Shown here: piece by piece, positions 45,404-54,189 of the stretch
Layout: each line of letters starts with the position of its first letter
How positions within the stretch are numbered: position 1 is the stretch's first letter
Virus record (IMG/VR): IMGVR_UViG_3300003322_000571
Span: 1-64,000 of that record
DNA: 64,000 nt
Strand: one strand, 5' to 3'
Program-made: the position numbers and the translations under genes
Notes under the pieces: generated by a model
What the model was told of the DNA's origin: nothing
The model's input: only the letters and a program-made list of their open reading frames with translations
Databases searched by the model: none

Positions 45404-45661
45404 ATGCAATAGGTTTTCGAAAACACCGCTATCGTTTTTCACTTCAACAAGGGACACCTCGCTGACCCTACGATCCCTATGTGGGTGTTGAAGATTAAGG
45501 GTGAGTCACATTACGTCACTCATGTTACCGTCAAACCTGGTATTGGCTTTAGTACTAAGGAAACGCCTGATAATGCTCACACCAAAGGTGCGATCAAGTT
45601 CAAAGGCAGTGCACGGATCTTTACTAACGATGCGGGAGAACCTGAAGCAGAGATTTACTGA
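45404..45661 (+). CDS. hypothetical protein with an in-frame TAG at codon 3 (read-through or pseudogene)
   Basis: AAGGA-N6-ATG CAA TAG GTT... is in frame with ORF 45479. Confidence 0.5.
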
Positions 45662-45662
45662 T

Positions 45663-45869
45663 ATGACTAACCCACTGTTCCCTGTGCCTGATCCTTCTGA
45701 ATTGAAATCGTTCATGATCAACGTCAAGATTCCTGGGTCGACGCGCCTTGTTCCATACAAGGCGAAGCAATACCTCGTCGACCAAGGAACACTGCTCGTA
45801 GAGCTAGCGACTGGTAAGCGTGTTGTTTACGCACAAGGACAGTGGCTGATGGTTACGGAACCGGAGTAA
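45663..45869 (+). CDS. hypothetical protein
   Basis: ORF. Confidence 0.6.
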   Translation: MTNPLFPVPDPSELKSFMINVKIPGSTRLVPYKAKQYLVDQGTLLVELATGKRVVYAQGQWLMVTEPE

Positions 45870-45871
45870 GT

Positions 45872-46456
45872 ATGCCAATTAAGTTCGTTGAACGCGACGA
45901 TAAGGTTGAAGAGATTTACGGTGGTGATCTGTTCCTTGGTGAAGTGGGCGGATACGTCCGCTCTTTGCCCGACAACCCTTTTGAAGTGTATAACCTCGAA
46001 CAAGAGTACAAGTATCATTTCAACCTTGCGTGGGTGGATCAAAATACTTGGTGGGCTCTTGCAGCGTTGCCTGGGCTGAGTAACGATGCCGTCCGTTATC
46101 TTAACATGGCGGCGCGGTACAAATGCCCGTACACAGACAACTGGTTCACTGTGATCGTCCCGCATACGATTATGTCAAAGCATAATCTGTTTGGCGAAAC
46201 ATACCTTGAAGGAAAAGAACCTTGGTATCTTGAGTACGCTGTCAGAGACGTTAGCGATACCGATGATGAGGAAGAGGAAGAAGAGGATGTGGACTACGAA
46301 GACAATGTCCCTACAATTCAACAGTTCCTTCTCGGCCCTGGGTACTCTCAAATGACTTTGATGTCTGACGGATCGACTTACGTTCGAGAAGTGCTGATTG
46401 ACTTGGATAACGGTGACTTGCTTCGTGCTTGGGTCCACGTTTGGTATAACAAATGA
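45872..46456 (+). CDS. hypothetical acidic protein
   Basis: GGAG RBS. Confidence 0.65.
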   Translation: MPIKFVERDDKVEEIYGGDLFLGEVGGYVRSLPDNPFEVYNLEQEYKYHFNLAWVDQNTWWALAALPGLSNDAVRYLNMAARYKCPYTDNWFTVIVPHTIMSKHNLFGETYLEGKEPWYLEYAVRDVSDTDDEEEEEEDVDYEDNVPTIQQFLLGPGYSQMTLMSDGSTYVREVLIDLDNGDLLRAWVHVWYNK

Positions 46457-46559
46457 AAGCACTGAAATCACCTCTTGCGAGACGAATCCTAGCCAGAGCA
46501 TTTTACGATCGAGTATTCGCTAGGCAGTTTCGCAGTGGATTGTTTCTGTTTGAAGGTAT

Positions 46560-46925
46560 ATGGTACAAACAAAAGAAGAACGACTAATTGATGTACTGCG
46601 GTCGTACGGTTGGAATACAACGATTCCTCTAGTGTTTGATGTTGTTTATGGACCAGTGTTCCTTCATAGTCGTCCTGACGGTAGCAAACAAGCGTGTGAA
46701 GTTCGGTCACGAATGCTAGCTCCTCACCGGTCGAAGACAGAACAGGTGATCGAAGAGATTGAGAACGATATCAGTTGGATGACTGAGCACCAGCTGAAAC
46801 CACACGCGTATACGTTCAATGTATATGTGTTTGGTGACTACAACCTGCTACGGTACAACAAAATTGTCGATGGTAACTTCTCTATGTCACCAATCTGGAC
46901 GTATTACTCGTCTTTAGGACAATAA
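46560..46925 (+). CDS. hypothetical protein
   Basis: AAGGT RBS. Confidence 0.6.
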   Translation: MVQTKEERLIDVLRSYGWNTTIPLVFDVVYGPVFLHSRPDGSKQACEVRSRMLAPHRSKTEQVIEEIENDISWMTEHQLKPHAYTFNVYVFGDYNLLRYNKIVDGNFSMSPIWTYYSSLGQ

Positions 46926-46936
46926 ATAACGTACAT

Positions 46937-47007
46937 GCCTCAGCCGATGGAGCGGCGGGACGCCTTCTAAGCGACCTTTGATGGGGGTTCGAATCCCTCC
47001 TGAGGCA
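46937..47007 (+). tRNA. tRNA-Arg(TCT), short D-arm
   Basis: GCCTCAG/CTGAGGC; loop CT-TCT-AA. Confidence 0.8.
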
Positions 47008-47022
47008 CATAAGGAGATAAAT

Positions 47023-47223
47023 ATGATCAATGAAGTATGGCACATCAAAGTGCCGGGCAAGGCAAAGCTTGTCACAAAACGCGTTGTGGAACAAACAGAA
47101 CTTACTACTGTGCTTGAGGATACGGAAAGTCCTTTGGAACAGTTTGGACTCAATGTATTCGCACGAGAACGTAGTCGTTACTTAACCGATGATCTCAAGT
47201 TTGTTGAACAGGTGTCAGAATAA
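47023..47223 (+). CDS. hypothetical protein
   Basis: AAGGAG RBS. Confidence 0.65.
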   Translation: MINEVWHIKVPGKAKLVTKRVVEQTELTTVLEDTESPLEQFGLNVFARERSRYLTDDLKFVEQVSE

Positions 47224-47238
47224 CCTAGGAGAAGTACG

Positions 47239-47919
47239 ATGAAGTACATCGTTGAAGTTCATGCCGCTGAGGGCGGTGACGATAGCAAGTTGTTCGTGAA
47301 GGACCTTGCGCAAGCATACACGAAGTTGTTCCAGCGTTTTGGCTGAAAGCACCGGGTTGTTGTAGAGAAGGACGGCGAAATTCACATTGAAGTGAGTGGC
47401 TCTGATCTATCACAGCTCAACAATGAACCCGGTGGCCATAGGCTTCAACGAATTCCTCCCACGGAAAAACGTGGAAGAGTTCATACGTCCACTGTTACTG
47501 TCGCTGTAATCGATACAGATAGCTATGCGACACCTGATTTTACTCAGATTGATCCTAGTGATTTCAAGATTGAGTGGTACTCAGGAACAGGTGCAGGTGG
47601 ACAGCACCGTAATAAACATCAGAACAGTATCCGACTTACACACGTACCTACGGGGTTAGTTGAGACGTCTCAGTGCCGGAGCCGGGAGGCTTCTCACAAA
47701 GAGGCGATGAGTCAGATGGTGAAGCGGTTGCAGAGCAATGCAAGTTACCAGCGTGTAGTAGCTCAATCAATTGAGCGTAAGCGTCAAATGGGAACAGGTA
47801 TGCGAGGTGACAAAATTCGTACATATCGCTTCCAAGATGATGTTGCCACAGACAACCGTACAGGTAAGAAGGTCAACCTTTCAAAAGTAATGAACGGACA
47901 ATTCGACCTTCTTTGGTAA
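47239..47919 (+). CDS. class-I release factor (RF1-like PxT motif, lacking domain 1) with an in-frame TGA at codon 36
   Basis: EVHAAEGGDDSKLF...FG*K; EPGGHRLQRIPPTEKRGRVHTS; GAGGQHRNK; KIRTY. Confidence 0.9.
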
Positions 47920-48456
47920 TCATTTGTTCAGTGTTTGTAGAATAGCCTTGACTTTGGCGGAGTTGATCTCTTTCGGATCCTCCGCCTTTTCCTTTGCTGG
48001 ATGCAGAACACTATGAATGATCGATTCAGCGATCTTCTTAGCACCCGATACTGGCTTGACTTCCTCTTCTACGACTGGTTGTTCCGTTTCCTCTTCTGGT
48101 TCAGTTTCACTTTCCGTAATCATCTCTGGCAATGATTCAGAATGGACTTCAACGATTGGTTTACTGTCGTAGCTAATGTCACCCTTTGCAGCTTCGAAGA
48201 AATATCCGTCAACAATCACTTCAATGCGGAATTCGGTCGGCTTGTCTTCCATCTCCTTCAATGCTGCAACATCAACTGTCCATCCCGTTTTTGATGTTGG
48301 TACGCGTTTTGCATGGAACAACGTTTCTGTAAACGTATCACCAACACACAGACGAACTTTCGGAACTTCGAATCCATCGATGTTCATGATGTTGACATCG
48401 AACTCAACCTCTGTCGTTTCGTTCAGATTTAGATTGATTGTCGTTGAATCAGCCAT
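47920..48456 (-). CDS. hypothetical (late/virion) protein
   Basis: Minus-strand operon. Confidence 0.7.
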   Translation of the reverse strand: MADSTTINLNLNETTEVEFDVNIMNIDGFEVPKVRLCVGDTFTETLFHAKRVPTSKTGWTVDVAALKEMEDKPTEFRIEVIVDGYFFEAAKGDISYDSKPIVEVHSESLPEMITESETEPEEETEQPVVEEEVKPVSGAKKIAESIIHSVLHPAKEKAEDPKEINSAKVKAILQTLNK

Positions 48457-48463
48457 ATGCTAC

Positions 48464-48853
48464 TCACTTACGTTTGAAGGTGACGCTCAATGATTCAGCA
48501 ATCTGCGACATCTTGCGTTTGAAACTGTTACCGTACTTCAGCATTTTGACAATGATGTTCGCCTTCTTCTGATCGACAACGAACATCTTACGCCAAGTGC
48601 TGTTTTTTGCCTTAACAGTGATCATTACGACCTTTTGGTTCGGCAACATCATCTTATTCGATACCGGGGTATATGCTTGGTTGACGAACACAGGCGTAAC
48701 AGCATATCCACCAGTTGCTTGACGAGGTGGTTGAGGAGGAACGTAGATTGTGCACTTGAACAAACCAAACCCCATCGTCAACATGCCGCAGCATGCATCC
48801 ATTCCGAGGCCTTTCGTGATCAAGCCACTATACGTGTTCTTAAACAGTGCCAT
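48464..48853 (-). CDS. hypothetical (late/virion) protein
   Basis: Coupled to the upstream gene. Confidence 0.65.
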   Translation of the reverse strand: MALFKNTYSGLITKGLGMDACCGMLTMGFGLFKCTIYVPPQPPRQATGGYAVTPVFVNQAYTPVSNKMMLPNQKVVMITVKAKNSTWRKMFVVDQKKANIIVKMLKYGNSFKRKMSQIAESLSVTFKRK

Positions 48854-49434
48854 CAGCAATTACCACCACGTGGAACGCGTTCACACACTTCCTGAACGCT
48901 TGGCATACCGTGGAAGTCTTTAAGATCAAACACCGTCAGAGGCGTTGTGCAGTCATCATCGTAGATTGTCAACGTCGCATTTGCTACGTCAATTTCTGTA
49001 CGGTTGCGTTCGTACTTAAGCAATGTCTCTAGTAACGTTACGATCATTACTTCTGTAATCATCATTGAAGCGACATTAGCACTAATTTGATTCAACTCGA
49101 GACCTGCTGATCCTGGTATAGTATGTTCGACAGCTTGTTCATCCCACACAGCTGGAGCAATGTCCTCTACGTAACTATCATTCCCGCCGTATTTGTACCT
49201 GTCATTCTCGTCGAGTGTGACTCCACCATCAAACGTAAACACGTAACTGGTCAGTGGATTATACGTAGAGAAGTTATAGCGATACCAACCATTACCAATT
49301 TCAGCTACCGGAGCATCTACGACAATTGGGTCATTACTGTTGGTGTTCAACTGATAAATGGTGATCGTTGGAGTCAAACCAGGTTGCGGGACTCCGTCGT
49401 TGGTGAAGAACGCTGTGATGATTTTGGTAGCCAT
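48853..49434 (-). CDS. putative virion protein
   Basis: TAAATA upstream on the minus strand; EIGNGWYRY, TIYDDD.TTPL..FDL. Confidence 0.7.
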   Translation of the reverse strand: MATKIITAFFTNDGVPQPGLTPTITIYQLNTNSNDPIVVDAPVAEIGNGWYRYNFSTYNPLTSYVFTFDGGVTLDENDRYKYGGNDSYVEDIAPAVWDEQAVEHTIPGSAGLELNQISANVASMMITEVMIVTLLETLLKYERNRTEIDVANATLTIYDDDCTTPLTVFDLKDFHGMPSVQEVCERVPRGGNC

Positions 49435-49516
49435 TGAAAGACCCTCATGAGCATCGTATTTATTTTCAGCTGGTTAGCAGGAAGGAAATAAATACCGTTA
49501 CAATTAGGAGTCATCG

Positions 49517-50587
49517 ATGAGCGTCATTGTAGCGAAGTCGAACAGAAAGGTTTGCTCAACACCAACGTACAATTGTTTTCCAGCTGTCACAGAACAAGTA
49601 ATTGTTCCTGCCGGCGCAACTGTATTCATTGATGGTTTGTTGACAGACAAGTTCGCCGCTGGCAAATGGTTCATCACATTAGCTACTTCTGATGATCGTC
49701 TTCAAGGGTATGAGCTCTACGCTACCCACCGTAATGGTACTTCACCAACACACGTAATCTACGGTGAAGTTGGCTCACTGATCAATCACACAACGAATGT
49801 TGTGATCAATGCGTCACGTTTGACGTTGACTATCGAAAACAACGAATCGATTGATTTGCTTGTTTGTTTCACACGCGTTGCTGTTCCAAAGGTTCTCAAT
49901 TACGTTGAGACACTCGATGTTGTTGAAGTTGGTAATTTGAACGGCTTTGTTCCAGCAAACACTTCAGGTTCTGTTGATTTCATCGGCAACCAACAAGCAA
50001 TCGGTGTTAAATGGGTTGTTGCTGTTACAACGTCTACAGGTGAGCGTAGTTCTGCTCAAGTGTATGCATCGCTCGGTACAACTGTCCAGGCAGTAACGTA
50101 CGGATTCATTGGTGATCAACTAGCGTATTCAATTGACGTCGAACAGGTAGCCGGCTTTGGATATAATCTCGTTGTGTCGAATCTGACGAGTAATCCGATC
50201 CGCGTAGATATCACACGTGTTCCTATTCAGTTGACCACAGGCGTGTCATATTGTGGTCCTAGCGCAGGTCTTGACCTGTGGATTCCACAACCTGTCACGG
50301 TTCAGCCAACACAGACGACAACTGTCGACACATTGTCAACGACGCAGGCATATGCTGCTGCGAAATGGCTTGCGGTGTTGTCAAATACGACAAATCAAAC
50401 AATGGCTTTTGAAGTTGCATCTGTTGAATCGGGTGTTACTTCAGACACTATGTACGCAATTATCTCCGACTACTTTGATGTAGACGTAGAGACCGTTGTA
50501 TCAGGTCAGACCGTACAACTTAACGTCACTAATAATCAACCTGATGCAATTACTGTTCGAATGCTGCGCATTCCGGTAGCCTTGTAA
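49517..50587 (+). CDS. virion protein with three internal repeats
   Basis: Three (A/V/G)KW...Y(G/A) beta-rich repeats. Confidence 0.7.
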   Translation: MSVIVAKSNRKVCSTPTYNCFPAVTEQVIVPAGATVFIDGLLTDKFAAGKWFITLATSDDRLQGYELYATHRNGTSPTHVIYGEVGSLINHTTNVVINASRLTLTIENNESIDLLVCFTRVAVPKVLNYVETLDVVEVGNLNGFVPANTSGSVDFIGNQQAIGVKWVVAVTTSTGERSSAQVYASLGTTVQAVTYGFIGDQLAYSIDVEQVAGFGYNLVVSNLTSNPIRVDITRVPIQLTTGVSYCGPSAGLDLWIPQPVTVQPTQTTTVDTLSTTQAYAAAKWLAVLSNTTNQTMAFEVASVESGVTSDTMYAIISDYFDVDVETVVSGQTVQLNVTNNQPDAITVRMLRIPVAL

Positions 50588-50607
50588 GCATCGAAGTGTG
50601 AGTTAAT

Positions 50608-51396
50608 ATGGCAATTGAACTATTCAGGATCAGGAAAGGTATTGAGATTGACAACTCCGTGTGTATTCTGTACGGAGATGGTCCACCCGGCTCTTCACAA
50701 GATACTGATGATGCAGGCGTAGGTTCGATGTACCTTGACGCTACGAATGGTGATTCGTACTCAAAGATCAATCCAAGCGCAGGATCGAACTCTTGGCAGC
50801 GCATCGCTGCTGAAGGTCAAAACTTATACCGTGAGCATCCTGTTACACCAGCACCTGGTCTGGCAGCTGGTCCTAATTCGATGGCTTTCGGTCAAGCTGC
50901 TCAAACAGCTCCTGAGGCGCACGATGCTGTAGCTATTGGTCCTCAGTCGTATGCACGTCTTCCAGGTTTGGTTCAAGCGTCGGGTCGTTTTGGAAGTTCG
51001 GGCGATGCACAAGCTGGTCGTTACATTTTGCGAACAGTTTCCGTTAATCAGTTTGCAACAACGATGTTCTTCGACGGAACCAACGGAACAGAACGGTTGA
51101 CATTGCCTGATGACTGCACATGGAGGTTCAAAGCGACAATCGTAGGACACCGTATTGATGCAGAAGGCCACGCAGGTTATACGATTGAAGGTTTAGCATA
51201 TCGATTGGCAGGCCCTGGTACGACAAGTATCTTGGGATCGACAATCAAAAATATCATAGCAGAGAGCGATCCAGCATGGGATGTTGAAGTAGTCGCTGAT
51301 ACAGTTAATGGTAGTTTGAACATTAACGTCACAGGTGAGTCTGGAAAGACGATTCGTTGGGTCGCCATCGTTGAAACGGTAGAAGTGACCAACTGA
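50608..51396 (+). CDS. fibre-associated virion protein
   Basis: YadA-like A(I/F)G motifs; C-terminal domain shared with 51453. Confidence 0.7.
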   Translation: MAIELFRIRKGIEIDNSVCILYGDGPPGSSQDTDDAGVGSMYLDATNGDSYSKINPSAGSNSWQRIAAEGQNLYREHPVTPAPGLAAGPNSMAFGQAAQTAPEAHDAVAIGPQSYARLPGLVQASGRFGSSGDAQAGRYILRTVSVNQFATTMFFDGTNGTERLTLPDDCTWRFKATIVGHRIDAEGHAGYTIEGLAYRLAGPGTTSILGSTIKNIIAESDPAWDVEVVADTVNGSLNINVTGESGKTIRWVAIVETVEVTN

Positions 51397-51452
51397 AAGG
51401 AATAATGCATTTAGGGTAAATACACCTACACGTCCAACATTGGAGAAATTCT

Positions 51453-54173
51453 GTGAATTTTAACCACGACACTGGCTTAGTCGATAGCCTTCTTACAATC
51501 GACACAACAGTTGCGCCACCACTTGGTGGTTTGACGAACACTCTTGCTATCACAGGCACAGGTTCGCTGGTTCTTCCTCATGGTTCAACAGCTGAGCGTC
51601 CGGGTACGCCTGTTGAGGCTATGATTCGCTACAACAACAGCACACAGGATCTTGAATTCTACGACGGCACAAGTTGGGTTGAAGTTTCTTCTTCCGTAGG
51701 TACTGTGACATCTGTGACTGTGACAACATCAACAGGTATGACAGTATCTGGTGGTGTTACACAAACAGTTACTGACAACGGAACGTTCGCTCTTGTATTG
51801 TCACCAGAACTGCAAGGATTGTCGGCACTTGCTGTAACTGGTATTGTTACACGTACAGCAGCTGGTACATATGTATCACGCACGATCGCTGGTACAGCTG
51901 GTGATATCGTTGTTGCGAACGGTGATGGCGTATCTGGGAATCCAACATTGTCGCTTGCTACAGTCGGTACTCCTGTATCGAATGGCTTCCTTAAAATCAC
52001 TACAGATACGAAGGGTCGTGTAACAGGTACAACAGCAGTTACAACTGCGGATGTTACGACACTTGTTGATGGAACATACGTCAACATTTCTGGTGATACA
52101 ATGGCGTCAGGTGCAAACTTGACGTTTACGGGCGGTGGTGAAATTCTAGGTTTGCCTGCGATGCCGTCAGATCCAACATCTGCCGCTTCAAAGGCGTACG
52201 TTGATGCTACTGCTCAAGGTTTGGCGACTAAAGATTCCGTCCGTGTTGCTACAACAGGCCCGGGTACACTTTCTTCGTCGTTTGCAAACGGTCAAACAGT
52301 TGACGGTATTGTTCTTGTAACAGGCGACCGTATCCTGATCAAAAACCAGACGAGCCAAGCCGAAAACGGTATCTATGTTGTACAAGCAGCAGGTACGCCT
52401 GTCCGTGCTGTCGACATGGACATTTGGGCGGAAGTTCCTGGCGCTTACTGCTTTGTAAGCGGAGGTACATTAAATCACGATACTGGTTGGGTGTGTACAT
52501 CTCAACCTGGCGGTACAATCAACGTTAACCCAATCACGTTCACGCAGTTCTTTGGTGCTGGTGCTTACACAGCTGGCGTTGGTTTGACGCTGAACGGTAC
52601 TGAATTCTCGTTAACGTCTCCTGTTGCAACAACGCTTGGTGGTACTGGTTTGACGACTGTAGGTGGTGCTAACACTGTTCTTGGTGTCAATGCTGCTGGT
52701 ACAGCTTATCAAGCTAAGACTATTGCTGCTGGTACGGGTGTTTCTGTAACGCACAGCACAGGTACGATTACGCTCGCTAACACAGGTGTTACTTCCGTCG
52801 CTGGTACAGCTGGTCGTGTTACGGTTTCTGGTTCGACAGGTGATGTTACAATCAGCTTGCCTAACGATGTTTCCGTCGCTTCTGTTACTGCTACAGGTTT
52901 GACACCGAACGGTGCTTTGTTTGCAAGTGCTGGTGGTCTCGTAAGCTCAACAACAGCAATGACGAACGGTCAGTTGTTGATCGGTAATACAGGCACAACA
53001 CCATCAGTTGCTACACTTGCCACAGGTACGGGTATTTCTGTAACAAACGGTGCTGGTACAATCACGCTTGCTAACACGGGCGTTACATCCCTGACTGCTG
53101 GTACAGGTATCAGCTTGTCTGGTGCAACAGGTGCGATCACTGTTACGAACACAGGTGTGACATCAGTTAACGCTTCAGGCGGTACAACAGGTTTGTCGTT
53201 CAGTGGTGGTCCAGTTACAACGACAGGTACGTTGACGCTCGGTGGTACTCTTGCTCCATCGAACGGTGGTACGGGGTTGACAGCACTTGGTGTTGCTAAC
53301 TCTGTTCTAGGTGTCAACGCTGCTGCGTCGTCAGCAGAATACAAGACTGTTGAAGCTGGCACAGGTATTTCCGTAACACACAGCGCAGGTCAAATTACAG
53401 TTGCTAACACAGGTGTAACATCGGTTGGTCTTGCTGCGCCAAGCATCTTTACGGTTGCCGGCACGCCTGTTACAACAACAGGTACGTTGACACTCAGTCT
53501 TGCAACACAAACTGCAAATACAGTATTTGCAGGTCCTACTTCAGGCGGTTCTGCAGCACCAACGTTCCGTTCGCTGGTATACAACGACTTGCCAATCGCA
53601 TTGTACAAGGAAAATCCATCGACGCCTACAGCGCCTGTAGCTTCTGGTACAAACGCAATTGCTATTGGTAGCGGCTCGTCAGCTACTGCACAAGGTGGTT
53701 TGGCTCTCGGTATTGGTTCTGCAGCTCGTGTATACGGTCAAGTTGCTGTTGCTAACGGTCAATTCACTTCTGTCGGTGATGCACAACAAGGTACATACAT
53801 CTTCCGCAACATCACCACTAACGCAACGCAAACGGAATTGTTCCTTGATGGTGTCACAGGTACACAGCGTCTTGTAATGCCTAACAACAGTGCAATGACG
53901 TTCTCGATCCTGGTAACAGGTCGTCGTACCGATGCTGTAGGTGGTGGCGCTGGTTACCGTATCGACGGCGTTGCTCGTAAGGATGCAACAGCTGCTTCTG
54001 CAACAATCATTGGTGCTGTTGTTAAGTCGGTCCTTGGTGAAACAAATGCGGCATGGGATGTAACGGTTGACGCTGACACAACAAACGGTTCGCTCCGTGT
54101 TCGTGTAACAGGTGAAGCTGCTAAAACAATTCGTTGGGTTGCTGTTGCAACGACTGCGGAAGTAACAAACTAA
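51453..54173 (+). CDS. tail fibre protein
   Basis: GSTAERP..MIRYN, SVRVATT, GDRILIKNQT..ENGIY, NTGVTS repeats. Confidence 0.85.
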   Translation: MNFNHDTGLVDSLLTIDTTVAPPLGGLTNTLAITGTGSLVLPHGSTAERPGTPVEAMIRYNNSTQDLEFYDGTSWVEVSSSVGTVTSVTVTTSTGMTVSGGVTQTVTDNGTFALVLSPELQGLSALAVTGIVTRTAAGTYVSRTIAGTAGDIVVANGDGVSGNPTLSLATVGTPVSNGFLKITTDTKGRVTGTTAVTTADVTTLVDGTYVNISGDTMASGANLTFTGGGEILGLPAMPSDPTSAASKAYVDATAQGLATKDSVRVATTGPGTLSSSFANGQTVDGIVLVTGDRILIKNQTSQAENGIYVVQAAGTPVRAVDMDIWAEVPGAYCFVSGGTLNHDTGWVCTSQPGGTINVNPITFTQFFGAGAYTAGVGLTLNGTEFSLTSPVATTLGGTGLTTVGGANTVLGVNAAGTAYQAKTIAAGTGVSVTHSTGTITLANTGVTSVAGTAGRVTVSGSTGDVTISLPNDVSVASVTATGLTPNGALFASAGGLVSSTTAMTNGQLLIGNTGTTPSVATLATGTGISVTNGAGTITLANTGVTSLTAGTGISLSGATGAITVTNTGVTSVNASGGTTGLSFSGGPVTTTGTLTLGGTLAPSNGGTGLTALGVANSVLGVNAAASSAEYKTVEAGTGISVTHSAGQITVANTGVTSVGLAAPSIFTVAGTPVTTTGTLTLSLATQTANTVFAGPTSGGSAAPTFRSLVYNDLPIALYKENPSTPTAPVASGTNAIAIGSGSSATAQGGLALGIGSAARVYGQVAVANGQFTSVGDAQQGTYIFRNITTNATQTELFLDGVTGTQRLVMPNNSAMTFSILVTGRRTDAVGGGAGYRIDGVARKDATAASATIIGAVVKSVLGETNAAWDVTVDADTTNGSLRVRVTGEAAKTIRWVAVATTAEVTN

Positions 54174-54189
54174 AACTATAAGGTGATAT

